NCBI GenBank assembly: GCA_964035545.1
Contig: OZ037773.1
Coordinates: 3,563,751-3,627,750 of the forward strand
Direction of reading: 5' to 3'
Length of the DNA stretch: 64,000 nt
Source: Bugula neritina
Lineage: Eukaryota; Animalia; Bryozoa
Notes under the pieces: generated by a model
What the model was told of the DNA's origin: nothing
Database searches by the model: none
The model's input: only the letters and a program-made list of their open reading frames with translations
Position numbers and translations under genes: made by a program
Part shown: in pieces, positions 1 through 9,783 of the stretch
Numbering within the stretch: position 1 is the first letter of the stretch
How the letters are laid out: the number at the start of each line of letters is the position of its first letter

Positions 1-714
1 TTTTATAGCAAACTTATTCTTCCTGTAAAAATTAATTTTAAATAATACAATGTAATAATATTATTAAAATTTTATTATTAGTAATACTAATAGTAATAGT
101 TATAGTAATACTAATAGTAATACTAATAGTAATAAACCAATAGTAAAAGTAATACTGATAGTAATAGTATAACTATAAGTATGAGTATAACCATAAATAT
201 AAGTATTATCATTATGTTATCACCAGTTATGTAATATTGTATTATTCAATTATTTATATTTATAAATATTAATATATTAGTATTACATATTTATGTCCTT
301 ACATTTAAATTGAACCATCCAGCAAAAACTTATTGATTAAACATCTTAGAAGTATAATGAGCAAAAAATAAATAAAAGTTACTTCTAGAGTCTATACTAA
401 TACAGTAATAATACTAGTTAATACTAATACTAATAGTAATACTAATAGTAATACTAATACTTACAAAATCTAATAACTAGTTTCTACAACTTTCTCTCGA
501 TCATTAAACCTATTAATGATGAAATGAAAATCGCTGTTGGATGTAAACTCGGTCTCTTCTAAATCTTTATGATTATGACTTTTAGAGAACTGATATATCA
601 TCGCAATTGTATTAGTTAACATAGTTTTTCATTTCTCCTTTTTATAATTTAAGGCTAAGCTCTTTTCAGAAGCAGCGATTCGAGTTATGGCCTTAAATTG
701 AAGCTTCAAATAAA

Positions 715-850
715 TCTATAAGCAGCTGCAATTTCGGGGTGAATGAGTGCAGTAGTTAGAGTTCTCAAGTTTACCAACAGAGGTTTATTAGACCCCCCAA
801 ATTTAAACTCGAGAGCTTTAATATACTGCACTCATCACCCCCCAATACAG
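715..850. mobile_element. Degenerate MITE-like inverted repeat related to 21407-21535
   Basis: GGGGTGAATGAGTGCAGTA ... TACTGCACTCATCACCCC; shares TCTATAAGCAGCT and TGAGTGCAGTAGTT with the 21.4-kb element. Confidence 0.5.
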
Positions 851-1001
851 CCGTTCTGAAGTTTTTTTTTTCTCCATGATCCACAATGGTATACTGCTGC
901 AGAAAAAAATCAATACGAATTAAATGAGTTTGTATGAAAATTTAAATGACTTTAGACATTGAAATGATATTGTGACTATAGAATGAACACTAGGACAGCC
1001 A

Positions 1002-1073
1002 AGATCAGTCAGCACCAATAATAACTGCTATTATAACAGCTTCTTGCCACGGACAATCCGTGACCTTAAAGGG
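1002..1073 (+). mobile_element. Possible 3' remnant of a non-LTR retrotransposon ORF2
   Basis: Translates as STNNNCYYNSFLPRTIRDLK, resembling the SFFPRTIRDWN C-terminal motif of CR1/L2-group LINEs. Confidence 0.4.
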
Positions 1074-1603
1074 AACAATCTTTGCAAGACTAATTTACAC
1101 ACAGAATAATCTAAACATTGACAGGTTAACTTACCTGTACTAATAAACAATATTGCAACACACACTGCAACCAATTTATGGACTATTGTATGCATTTTAC
1201 TTTCTGACCAACCGTAAACATATGAGGCATGCCGCTTCTGCTACCTAGTGGTCTAGCATGATCGTAATCTGGAGGTAACTGGAGGTATAACGGAAAAATA
1301 ATAAAAAATCCAATAGCCGATAGGGTCGTTAAATAACCTAGAATTTTACTATGGCTTAGTTTCAATGTGTTGACAATCACAATGAGTATGACTGTTACTG
1401 TTACTAACAGTAACAGTGTTAGTGTTACACTTACTGTTACTGTTAGTGTTACAGTTACACTTAGTCTTACACTTACAGATATTTAGTCAGTTACTGTTGC
1501 TGTTAGTAAGACGAAGTCAAAATTAGACTGCAAGTCGAGCAACTAACAACTATTTCTAACACAATAACACTAACAGTAACTACTAACTTACTGTTAGTAA
1601 CAG

Positions 1604-2290
1604 TGCTATAGATGTATTCAAGTATTATTTTATATTTGACATTTTGTATGCTATACCACTACAATATAATATACTACAGATATAGCATCCTGCTTCCCTG
1701 CAACCGTAGTTAGAGCTTAATATTGTTTTGTATTGAATACTTCCATGTATTCTATCTTTTCCCCATTTATAATATCTCTTTTCTTCCATACATAGTGTAT
1801 GTCTACTATATAGAATAACAGTAACATTAAATAGACACACACTTACAAGGTTATACACCATGATACAGGACATACAACTAATTATTGGAGATGGTACAAC
1901 ATTAGCCCTAAAAGTATACTTCCACATATATGATGTTTCGCAACAGGACTTCTAGCCTAAGGATTATAGCACTTCGCTCTTTAGCTATAAGATACTTATC
2001 ACTTTCGTACCCTTACCTTTTATGTTGAGTGACGGAGCTCTGGCTACAAGAAGTAAGCAATGAGAGAACCTTCTGTCTAAACGTGGCAGCTTTGGTGCAG
2101 GATTCCAGATCTCTTGTACACTAGAGTCCGTCGTAAGCAGATGTGACTGAAGAGAAGAATAATACCGGTAAGTGTGATACCAACTATCAACGCGTTATAG
2201 TTATACACATGTAGAATATTCTAATTGTATGCATACCCTGTGTTATATTAGGTACTTAGTAGTTGAAAACCCCCAGTACTCAATATAACA
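1604..2290 (+). repeat. 5' LTR (687 bp)
   Basis: TGCTATAGATG...CAATATAACA; matches 8619-9305 with 6 substitutions counted by eye (about 99% identity) and no indels. Confidence 0.97.
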
Positions 2291-2293
2291 TTT

Positions 2294-2308
2294 TGGAGGA
2301 GGCACTGG
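2294..2308 (+). promoter_or_regulatory. Primer-binding site (tRNA-Cys-like, tentative)
   Basis: TGGAGGAGGCACTGG lies 3 nt after the 5' LTR. TGG pairs with tRNA CCA, and the rest resembles the complement of a metazoan tRNA-Cys 3' end (TGGAGGGGGCAC). tRNA identity is from memory, not searched. Confidence 0.7.
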
Positions 2309-3410
2309 CTTTTGCCCAAGGTTGCCCTTGTTAAATATTGTGTCCAGCTTTGAATTAATAGCTCTTGACACTTGGTTAACCACCCCGTGCGCCAGGGGAT
2401 AAAATTATATTAATACTTTAAATAGTGTTGATCAGGCCTCATTTGGCTGTTCACTAATATTTTCCTGTAGGTTTTATATTCGCTGAGCTCATATTTTGCT
2501 CGTGGGTAGACCGTAGAAGTGCTAGGCCGCACTGAGAAAATATTAATTGAAGCCAAAAAGGATCAACTTTTACATATTACCCCAAAACAATATACATCCA
2601 TAGACTAATAGTAATAGAGCGAGAATTCCTATATGTTTAATTTTTCTCTGCTGCTTAAAAGGTGAAAACAAGCCAGTTTTAATTTTTTTTAGCTTAGAGA
2701 TAATTAATTGTAGAAGTGAATTACCTCCCTTTGCTAATAGGCTAATTTAGTTGTATAATTGGGTGAGCTGCAGATAAGGTTAACACGCTCCTTATTTAGC
2801 AGTTAATAAATTCCAAACAGATTCAGTTTACGACTGTCTGCTGAGGTATAGGCGCTGACAAGTACTATAATTAATAGTCTTGTCCTAAACATAATTTCTT
2901 ATAATTATCTACAATTTACTTTGCAGTGCATTGCCAATCAGAGCATCACTGAATTGTATATTATATATTTACACATTATACGAATATTACATTGCAGTAC
3001 TAAGTATCGCAACACCTGCAGTGCAGTCAGTGTATTATAGTACAAAGCATTGTCCTATTAAGTATTATAGTACCTAAGTACAACAACCGCCTTACTACAT
3101 AGTACGAATATCAAACTAATTAATTACTGTGGTTGACTAAATTTAGATTTTAGACTAGGCTTGAATAGCAGAAATAACTGAATAATTTGTAGTGTACAGA
3201 GGTCATAATAAAAGACTTCCACTAACTTAAAGTATTTAACTGCAAGCCACACCTTGTCATATATACAGGCTAGTACATGCACACATATCGTTTAGTAAGA
3301 AATAGACACATAATTGTACATTAGCACAAAGTATAAACATTAATAACATTGCAAACAAGTAGTGCTGAACTCACTTATTAATTGAAAATTATAAGTCACG
3401 CACCAACAAT

Positions 3411-4289
3411 ATGAGTACCGGAATCGTGACCACCGCCACAACTACAGTCACCACTAGTGTTAGTACTATTGCGACACCAGGTAGTGCCACAAATGTAGCC
3501 ACGGGCTTAGACACTCCTACCCTCTCACAAGACTCCACAAGAGAAGGAGCTCACGCATTGGTTGAGTTGTCCGAAAGACGACTCCCAATGAACCCGCATG
3601 AAATTGCAAGGTTCTACGAGTTAGAATACAAGAAACTTGTAGAGGAGCAGGAAAAGCAAAAGGATGTATGGAGATATGAGCAAGAACAATGGCGACAGTA
3701 TCAACAAACGAAAGAGCATGAACTGGCGGAACAGTTTCAGCGCCTCGAGGTAGAAAGACAAGAGCAAGCAAGAAGACGGTACGAGATGGAGGAAAGTTTT
3801 GAAATCCAACGAAGAAAGTTCTATGAGGAACAGAGCGCTGTTCAAGAACAACAGCAAAATGAGTTCCTGGAAAAAGAGCATCGGCTCACAATCCAGCAAC
3901 AAAAGTTACAACAACAACTTGAAGATTTTCGGAATCTCACCTTGGGTCAAAGATCTACCAATGATGCAAATGTCATGCCGGAACCAACTCCGCCACCTCG
4001 AACTCGCCTACCTCCACCAGTTACGCCACGGAAAACAAGTAGAAGACAACTCCATGAACAACCAGCACCTACACCTACAATTACTAACTTGGAATTCACA
4101 TCAAGTTACCCCCACATTGCTAATCAACAATCACCAAAACCTCAAAACTCACCAATCCAAAACTTAGCTGAAACACCATCTGAACACAGCATTGGAGTAG
4201 CTGATGCGGGAAGATTTCACAACTCACCTATTATTCTGAGAGAGCCTCCACAGGACATTAAATTTAAAGGAACTCCTGGTTCCAGCTAG
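3411..4289 (+). CDS. gag: Gag N-terminal part (Thr-rich, Q/E coiled coil, Pro-rich); ends at an in-frame TAG inside the capsid motif
   Basis: Same frame as the 4320 ORF (offset 909 nt). Reads FKGTPGSS*ELFLEKWEKNMKKL across the stop, which resembles the Gypsy capsid F-x-G-x(n)-W-x-x-F motif with W (TGG) replaced by TAG. Confidence 0.8.
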   Translation: MSTGIVTTATTTVTTSVSTIATPGSATNVATGLDTPTLSQDSTREGAHALVELSERRLPMNPHEIARFYELEYKKLVEEQEKQKDVWRYEQEQWRQYQQTKEHELAEQFQRLEVERQEQARRRYEMEESFEIQRRKFYEEQSAVQEQQQNEFLEKEHRLTIQQQKLQQQLEDFRNLTLGQRSTNDANVMPEPTPPPRTRLPPPVTPRKTSRRQLHEQPAPTPTITNLEFTSSYPHIANQQSPKPQNSPIQNLAETPSEHSIGVADAGRFHNSPIILREPPQDIKFKGTPGSS

Positions 4290-4319
4290 GAGTTATTTCT
4301 TGAAAAATGGGAAAAGAAC

Positions 4320-7300
4320 ATGAAAAAACTGCAGCTTAGTGATTATCAGATGGCACAAAACCTTCCAGATGCCCTGGAAGGTGGTGCCTATCAGGTTTTC
4401 AAGGCAGTAGTTGCAAAGGAGCCCACGCTAGCGATTAGTTACAAGAGTCTTCGAGAGAGGTTATGCAAAGAGTTTGTCGACTCAAGCAAATTAGTGTGGA
4501 ACATAAAGATGGGGAAGAAAAGCGTACTAGAATATTATGGCGAATTTATGGAAGCTGCCAACACCCAATGGCCTGACCTCTCCCTTGAACATAAAGATAG
4601 CGTGCTAGTATCTGCTTTTATTACTGGTCTACGACCAGGATTGAAGAGGCACCTCCTCTCTAAAAACCCCACAACTGTAGAAAGTGCTAGGAAACTTGCA
4701 CTTAAGCAAGAAAATGTAGAACATCAGATGGGAGATGACACCCAGAGAATAGTGGCAACGGTAAACTCATCTGACTCAGTTCAAAAGCTAGAAAAAGAGG
4801 TAGAATGGTTGAAAACTTTAGTGAACAACCAAGCTAAAGAGCAACGGCAGCCTCAATACCAACAGCACCAACAACAGAGTCAAGGGTTTGGAATGAGAAA
4901 TGACAGAGGTAGAGGTGGTGGATGGAGAGGAACAACAAACCGAGGAAGAGGACGAGGTAGATACTTCAACCAGGGGAAGCCTCAACCCTACTACCAATCT
5001 TCTCCCCGGTACCCTCATCCACCAGCACAACTTCCTTCCTGCCCACCTCAACCACCCTCTCACCAGCAACCACAACGTAATCAGTGCTCTGGTCAACAGA
5101 GCAAAACCAAAGATCACAGTGGGACGCGACACATCAATGCTATTGAGAGCCTGGAGGGTGATGAATTTGCTGAGGCCCTTCTGACACAACCTCCTCAAGA
5201 TGACATAGCTGAGGAATTAGTGAATTCAATTCAAACCTCTCCAAATGAATTCATCTCTGACAGGAAACCCAAAAGAACGAGAAGCAGAGGACGGGGGACT
5301 GGTTTGTCAACAATGCAAACCTACATGTTGTCACTAGTGGCAATGTGTATGCTGATCAGTGTAGCCGCAGCCACTGCACCAGTAAAAGGCACAGCTCTCC
5401 TGGGGCCAGCGTTGGCCAGTCAGACTCTCACCGGCATACTATCTGTGTTAGTGTTGACAGCAGTAGTGAATGCATTGTCTAACACGACTGTTTTTAACAC
5501 TACACAGAAGGCACAGCCGCAGTATGCCAGGTATCCTTTGGTGTGTAGTTCCAGTGAAGTTAGGCGACCATCTATTCATCAATTGAATCATGACTTCCAA
5601 TGTGATCCAACTCCAAGACTCAATAGTACTCATGCGCCAACCCCTGTGAAGGCTACGGTTTACAGAAAAAATGTAGTGGAATGGCGTACAGCAGCCCATC
5701 AATGCACTAAAATGCTGTACACCATCTCCACACAGATATCACTTTTTACGGATGTGAAAACTAAGAAGGAATCTCACCGGTCACTGCCAGTTAGTCGCAG
5801 CGAATGCGAAAATATGGTACTAGAGAAGAGATGCAATGAAGGTGCCCTATCTGGAAGTGATGGTGCATACACTACAAAAAACAAAGCTGCAGGATTAGCT
5901 TATGTTTGGTGCTGCAAGTGGCATGACTTTGAAGTGAAACAATGCAGTTATATTTCGGCTTCGGTATACAAGACATTTGGAAAAAGTTCTTTTGAAAACA
6001 CCGCAGGTGACGTTTCCCATTGCAACTCATACTCTGATGGCTACTGCAAACTCAGAGATCAATCTATGCTGATATGGGAAACAGAACGAGAAGCTAATTG
6101 TCCATACGAGGAGTGGTATGAAGTTGAAGGAAGTTTCCTTGATGGCTATTTTGTTAGTGATCAAGAAGACTTGGCTTTAACTTTCCGCAAGAACCCCTTT
6201 GGGAATATCACCACTTGTGACGGCAAGTCAGGCACAATGTCGGACCAAGGTTTGCTTGTCGTTTTTAATACTTCAGACCTGTTCAACACTACTCTAACGC
6301 AACACGTTGAAAAGGCTCCTGGATTAGAATGGGACCGCAGGAGTCGTCTGAGTCCAGCATATGCTGTCATGGACGCTATAGCTCAGTCCCTAGAAGTACA
6401 GATTCTCGGAATCGAATCGAAACTGTATTGGACATCTTATCAATATACCTGTAAAAACATAGTTCAAGTCCTCAAAACCGTAGCTCTACTCGCAGAGCAA
6501 CATGCGACGAGTACAGCCAGATACTTACTAGGGGTAAGCAATATCCGAGCTGAGTCTGGTCCTGGTTTTCTAAAGATTTACCCATGTACGGAAATAAAAA
6601 GCTACAAAATGCTCCCTATGCCAGAGAATAATTGCACCATGTTTATTCCAGTAGAATTGGAACTCAATGGGGAAACGCACACTGGTTTCATGGATCCAAT
6701 AGATAACATTATTCACACACAAAGTGCACAAGCACCGTGCACATCCAAATCAGCAATTGCATTCCGGATGAACGATGAATTGTTTTGGTATAACCAAGAT
6801 GGTACCGTAGAAAAGGTTAATCTTGGAGAAGACCTGAGTTTACCTGGAATTTCCCTAGGTGCACACCCTCTTAAAATCCATGAAACAATCTACAGCCGCG
6901 CCCATCACCTAAGTTGGCCTGACCTGTCAGCACACTCTGACTTGAATGAATTGCTAGCTACTTTGTCAAGACAGAAACAAGTTCTAGAAGCAATGGGAAT
7001 TCAATCCAACAGACATGTTTCCTTTAAAAACAATGTCATTGAGTCGAAAGAGAACTTGATAGGGAACTCTTGGTTTGCTTTTCTGTTTGGAGGGCATGTG
7101 GCGAGTGCATTCGAATTGTGGACTTTGATATCCAACTGTTTAGTCACCATATTGTCAATTGCATTGCTAGGTATTTTCCTATATAATCGTTGTTGCCAGC
7201 AAAGGAGAAATATTGTAGCAGCTATCGACATTGAGGACACAGAGGACACATCTGACAATGATGTTGAGGCAGGAGAACAGGATGGGTTCCTGGACGCTTC

Positions 7301-7424
7301 CGATCAGACTAGCTTCACAGAATTCGTAGATATGGTAGAGGTGGACACTAGACCAACACCTAGTGCTCCTTCGCCTGCATCTTCAATTCAGCAATATCGC
7401 CCCCTCTATCCGAAACTGCAATGA
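4320..7424 (+). CDS. Gag capsid + RGG-rich nucleocapsid-like region fused in frame to a class III viral fusion glycoprotein (Env)
   Basis: Capsid-like ...SVLEYYGEF...AFITGLRPGLKRHL...PTTVESARKLA, then an RGRGG region. Hydrophobic signal-like segments from about 5313. Cys-rich ectodomain with N-glycosylation sequons, RRSR at 6336-6347, and a gB-like C-terminal half (YTC...ATSTARYLLG...LKIYPC...NNCTMFIPV...GFMDP...APC). TM at about 7116-7184, then CC and a cytoplasmic tail. Confidence 0.85.
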   Translation: MKKLQLSDYQMAQNLPDALEGGAYQVFKAVVAKEPTLAISYKSLRERLCKEFVDSSKLVWNIKMGKKSVLEYYGEFMEAANTQWPDLSLEHKDSVLVSAFITGLRPGLKRHLLSKNPTTVESARKLALKQENVEHQMGDDTQRIVATVNSSDSVQKLEKEVEWLKTLVNNQAKEQRQPQYQQHQQQSQGFGMRNDRGRGGGWRGTTNRGRGRGRYFNQGKPQPYYQSSPRYPHPPAQLPSCPPQPPSHQQPQRNQCSGQQSKTKDHSGTRHINAIESLEGDEFAEALLTQPPQDDIAEELVNSIQTSPNEFISDRKPKRTRSRGRGTGLSTMQTYMLSLVAMCMLISVAAATAPVKGTALLGPALASQTLTGILSVLVLTAVVNALSNTTVFNTTQKAQPQYARYPLVCSSSEVRRPSIHQLNHDFQCDPTPRLNSTHAPTPVKATVYRKNVVEWRTAAHQCTKMLYTISTQISLFTDVKTKKESHRSLPVSRSECENMVLEKRCNEGALSGSDGAYTTKNKAAGLAYVWCCKWHDFEVKQCSYISASVYKTFGKSSFENTAGDVSHCNSYSDGYCKLRDQSMLIWETEREANCPYEEWYEVEGSFLDGYFVSDQEDLALTFRKNPFGNITTCDGKSGTMSDQGLLVVFNTSDLFNTTLTQHVEKAPGLEWDRRSRLSPAYAVMDAIAQSLEVQILGIESKLYWTSYQYTCKNIVQVLKTVALLAEQHATSTARYLLGVSNIRAESGPGFLKIYPCTEIKSYKMLPMPENNCTMFIPVELELNGETHTGFMDPIDNIIHTQSAQAPCTSKSAIAFRMNDELFWYNQDGTVEKVNLGEDLSLPGISLGAHPLKIHETIYSRAHHLSWPDLSAHSDLNELLATLSRQKQVLEAMGIQSNRHVSFKNNVIESKENLIGNSWFAFLFGGHVASAFELWTLISNCLVTILSIALLGIFLYNRCCQQRRNIVAAIDIEDTEDTSDNDVEAGEQDGFLDASDQTSFTEFVDMVEVDTRPTPSAPSPASSIQQYRPLYPKLQ

Positions 7425-7907
7425 CTAGAAGCCGACACACCCAGTACTAGTAGCCGCATTGAAATAGTAGCAGGAATAAATGGTAATCAATGTAGGAGTG
7501 CATTAATTGACGTCAAAATAGCAGGAAAACCGTATCAAGCATTAGCTGATGCCGGGGCTACGGTGACACTGATGCGCTCTGACATTGCTAAAAGATTGAG
7601 TCTACCATTATATTCAGGTACCTTGACTGCAAAAGGGGTTAACAGCTCTAAACTTCATATACTAGGACGCATGGCCGCTGAGATTACAATTGGATCGAAA
7701 GTGTTTAAGCAGTGTTTTCATGTAGCTGATGATATTGGCCATGAGGTACTGCTTGGAACTGATTTTCTTAGCAAACTGGGTGATGTAACCTACAATTTTG
7801 CAAAAGGAGAGTTTCGTTTCTCTGGCGAAACTTTACCCATGAGAGAAACCAACGCACTAACTACTTTTAAAATAAAAACTATGAATGCAGTACACATACC
7901 ACCATAA
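7425..7907 (+). CDS. pro: Retropepsin-like aspartic protease, in frame after the TGA-CTAG stop
   Basis: Open frame from 7425: ...LIDVKIAGKPYQALADAGATVTLM...HEVLLGTDFLSKLG. Catalytic motif reads D-A-G (7548-7556) and the LLGxDFL motif is present. Confidence 0.85.
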   Translation, partial: LEADTPSTSSRIEIVAGINGNQCRSALIDVKIAGKPYQALADAGATVTLMRSDIAKRLSLPLYSGTLTAKGVNSSKLHILGRMAAEITIGSKVFKQCFHVADDIGHEVLLGTDFLSKLGDVTYNFAKGEFRFSGETLPMRETNALTTFKIKTMNAVHIPP

Positions 7908-8610
7908 TCTCACCCGATTCATCACTTTACATAATCATGCAGATATACCAGATATACTAATATTTACTGCCATATTAATAATCAAGTTTTTCAATGGAAC
8001 ACAGGAGTTTTCCTGTTGTTCACAGGAGGGAGTACTTTAACATTTTTTTCAGCATTACAGGTTAACATCTTCTACAGTTTTGGCTTCTTATAAAACAAAC
8101 TTACTAAAAATTGCAGAAATCAAATTGACTTTTGATTAAAATAAAATTGAGTAAGCTCTGTATTGGGAAAATTGAATCAAATCAAGCGGAATTTTTAAAT
8201 ATTCAAAGTTGGATAAAATGCGGAGTCGATTGTTATCACCACCTCCTGTGACTTATGTTTATAATATTCATAATTACTGTATAGCTTAAAATCTTGTTTT
8301 TTTATTTTATCAACAGATAAAGTTCATCAAAAAAAAATGAAAATATGGTTACAAAAAAAGGGAACAGTGTAAGAAATGAGTGAGAAAAAAAAGATTATGT
8401 GACCAGAAAAAAAAAAAAAATACTCACTCTAATCGATGAACTCACTAGTACTAATAGAATACATATATGCAACAGCTAGTAAACATAATTTTCAAATTTT
8501 ACTCATTTTATTGTGAAAGGTTTCTCTTCCTTTTTTATTTCGGAGTAGTAATGCTTAATTGTTTATGCTTTCAACTAGCATGAGCCACCGGAGGTGTCTT
8601 TCTCTAAATT

Positions 8611-8618
8611 GGGGAGGA
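8611..8618 (+). promoter_or_regulatory. Polypurine tract
   Basis: GGGGAGGA immediately before the TG of the 3' LTR. Confidence 0.85.
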
Positions 8619-9305
8619 TGCTAGAGATGTATTCAAGTATTATTTTATATTTGACATTTTGTATGCTATACCACTACAATATAATATACTACAGATATAG
8701 CATCCTGCTTCCCTGCAACCTTAGTTAGAGCTTAATATTGTTTTGTATTGAATACTTCCATGTATTCTATCTTTTCCCCATTTATAATATCTCTTTTCTT
8801 CTATACATAGTGTATGCCTACTATATAGAATAACAGTAACATTAAATAGACACACACTTACAAGGTTATACACCATGATACAGGACATACAACTAATTAT
8901 TGGAGATGGTACAACATTAGCCCTAAAAGTATACTTCCACATATATGATGTTTCGCAACAGGACTTCTAGCCTAAGGATTATAGCACTTCGCTCTTTAGC
9001 TATAAGATACTTATCACTTTCGTACCCTTACCTTTTATGTTGAGTGACGGAGCTCTGGCTACAAGAAGTAAGCAATGAGAGAACCTTCTGTCTAAACGTG
9101 GCAGCTTTGGTGCAGGATTCCAGATCTCTTGTACACTAGAGTCCGTCGTAAGCAGATGTGACTGAAGAGAAGAATAATACCGGTAAGTGTGATACCAACT
9201 ATCAACGCGTTATAGTTATACACATGTAGAATATTCTAGTTGTATGCATACCCTGTGTTATATTAGGTACTTAGTATTTGAAAACCCCCAGTACTCAATA
9301 TAACA
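8619..9305 (+). repeat. 3' LTR (687 bp)
   Basis: TGCTAGAGATG...CAATATAACA; direct repeat of 1604-2290. Confidence 0.97.
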
Positions 9306-9783
9306 ACAGTGTTACTTGTTAGTGTTACATAATTCATGATGTTAGATAACTTTTGCATCTCTAACAAACCTTTATATATGTATAAATATTTAAGACTAAT
9401 AAATGATTTTTTAGTGAAAGCAAAACTAGTGAAGCAAAAGCTCCTAAAGTGACAAGATCGTACACTCCCTCAGCAGTAAGTTTGTTACAATTCTTGCTAT
9501 GTGTTCGCAAAATAAATTTAGTATAAAATTTAACATTAGGGTTCATAATATTTATTTTTTAAGTTATAACAGATTATATATCTTGAATTATAGGGAAGCT
9601 GAAAGCGCTACACTACTTTAAAACCCTCAAAATGACAATGAACAAGACCCAGCAAAGTATGTATTATATCATCGCCTACATTATTTCATTTTACTAGCAC
9701 AGATATTACATTTTCCATTCTATTGTATTGTAAAAATCATTCCTTAATTAATGCTTTGATGAACTATTTATTTTCATTTTAGG

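Larger units (their letters stand above)
1604..9305 (+). mobile_element. Full-length LTR retroelement (Ty3/Gypsy-like), gag-env-pro, lacking RT/RNase H/integrase
   Basis: Direct repeats 1604-2290 and 8619-9305 (TG...CA). 4-bp TSD ACAG at 1600-1603 and 9306-9309. PBS after the 5' LTR and PPT before the 3' LTR. Internal Gag, glycoprotein and protease coding sequence in one frame. Inserted in a GTTACT/GTTAGT-rich low-complexity tract. Confidence 0.95.

Noticed and set aside
1625-1927. 100-aa minus-strand ORF (and its 73-aa twin at 8721-8942)
   Set aside because: Lies within the LTRs, is broken in the 3' copy and has no recognisable domain.
3517-7258. Overlapping and antisense ORFs inside gag-env
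   Set aside because: Shadow frames of the real ORF with no motifs.
7908-8610. Search for RT/RNase H/integrase remnants
   Set aside because: AT-rich with stops and poly-A runs; no YxDD, HHCC or DDE-type motifs seen.
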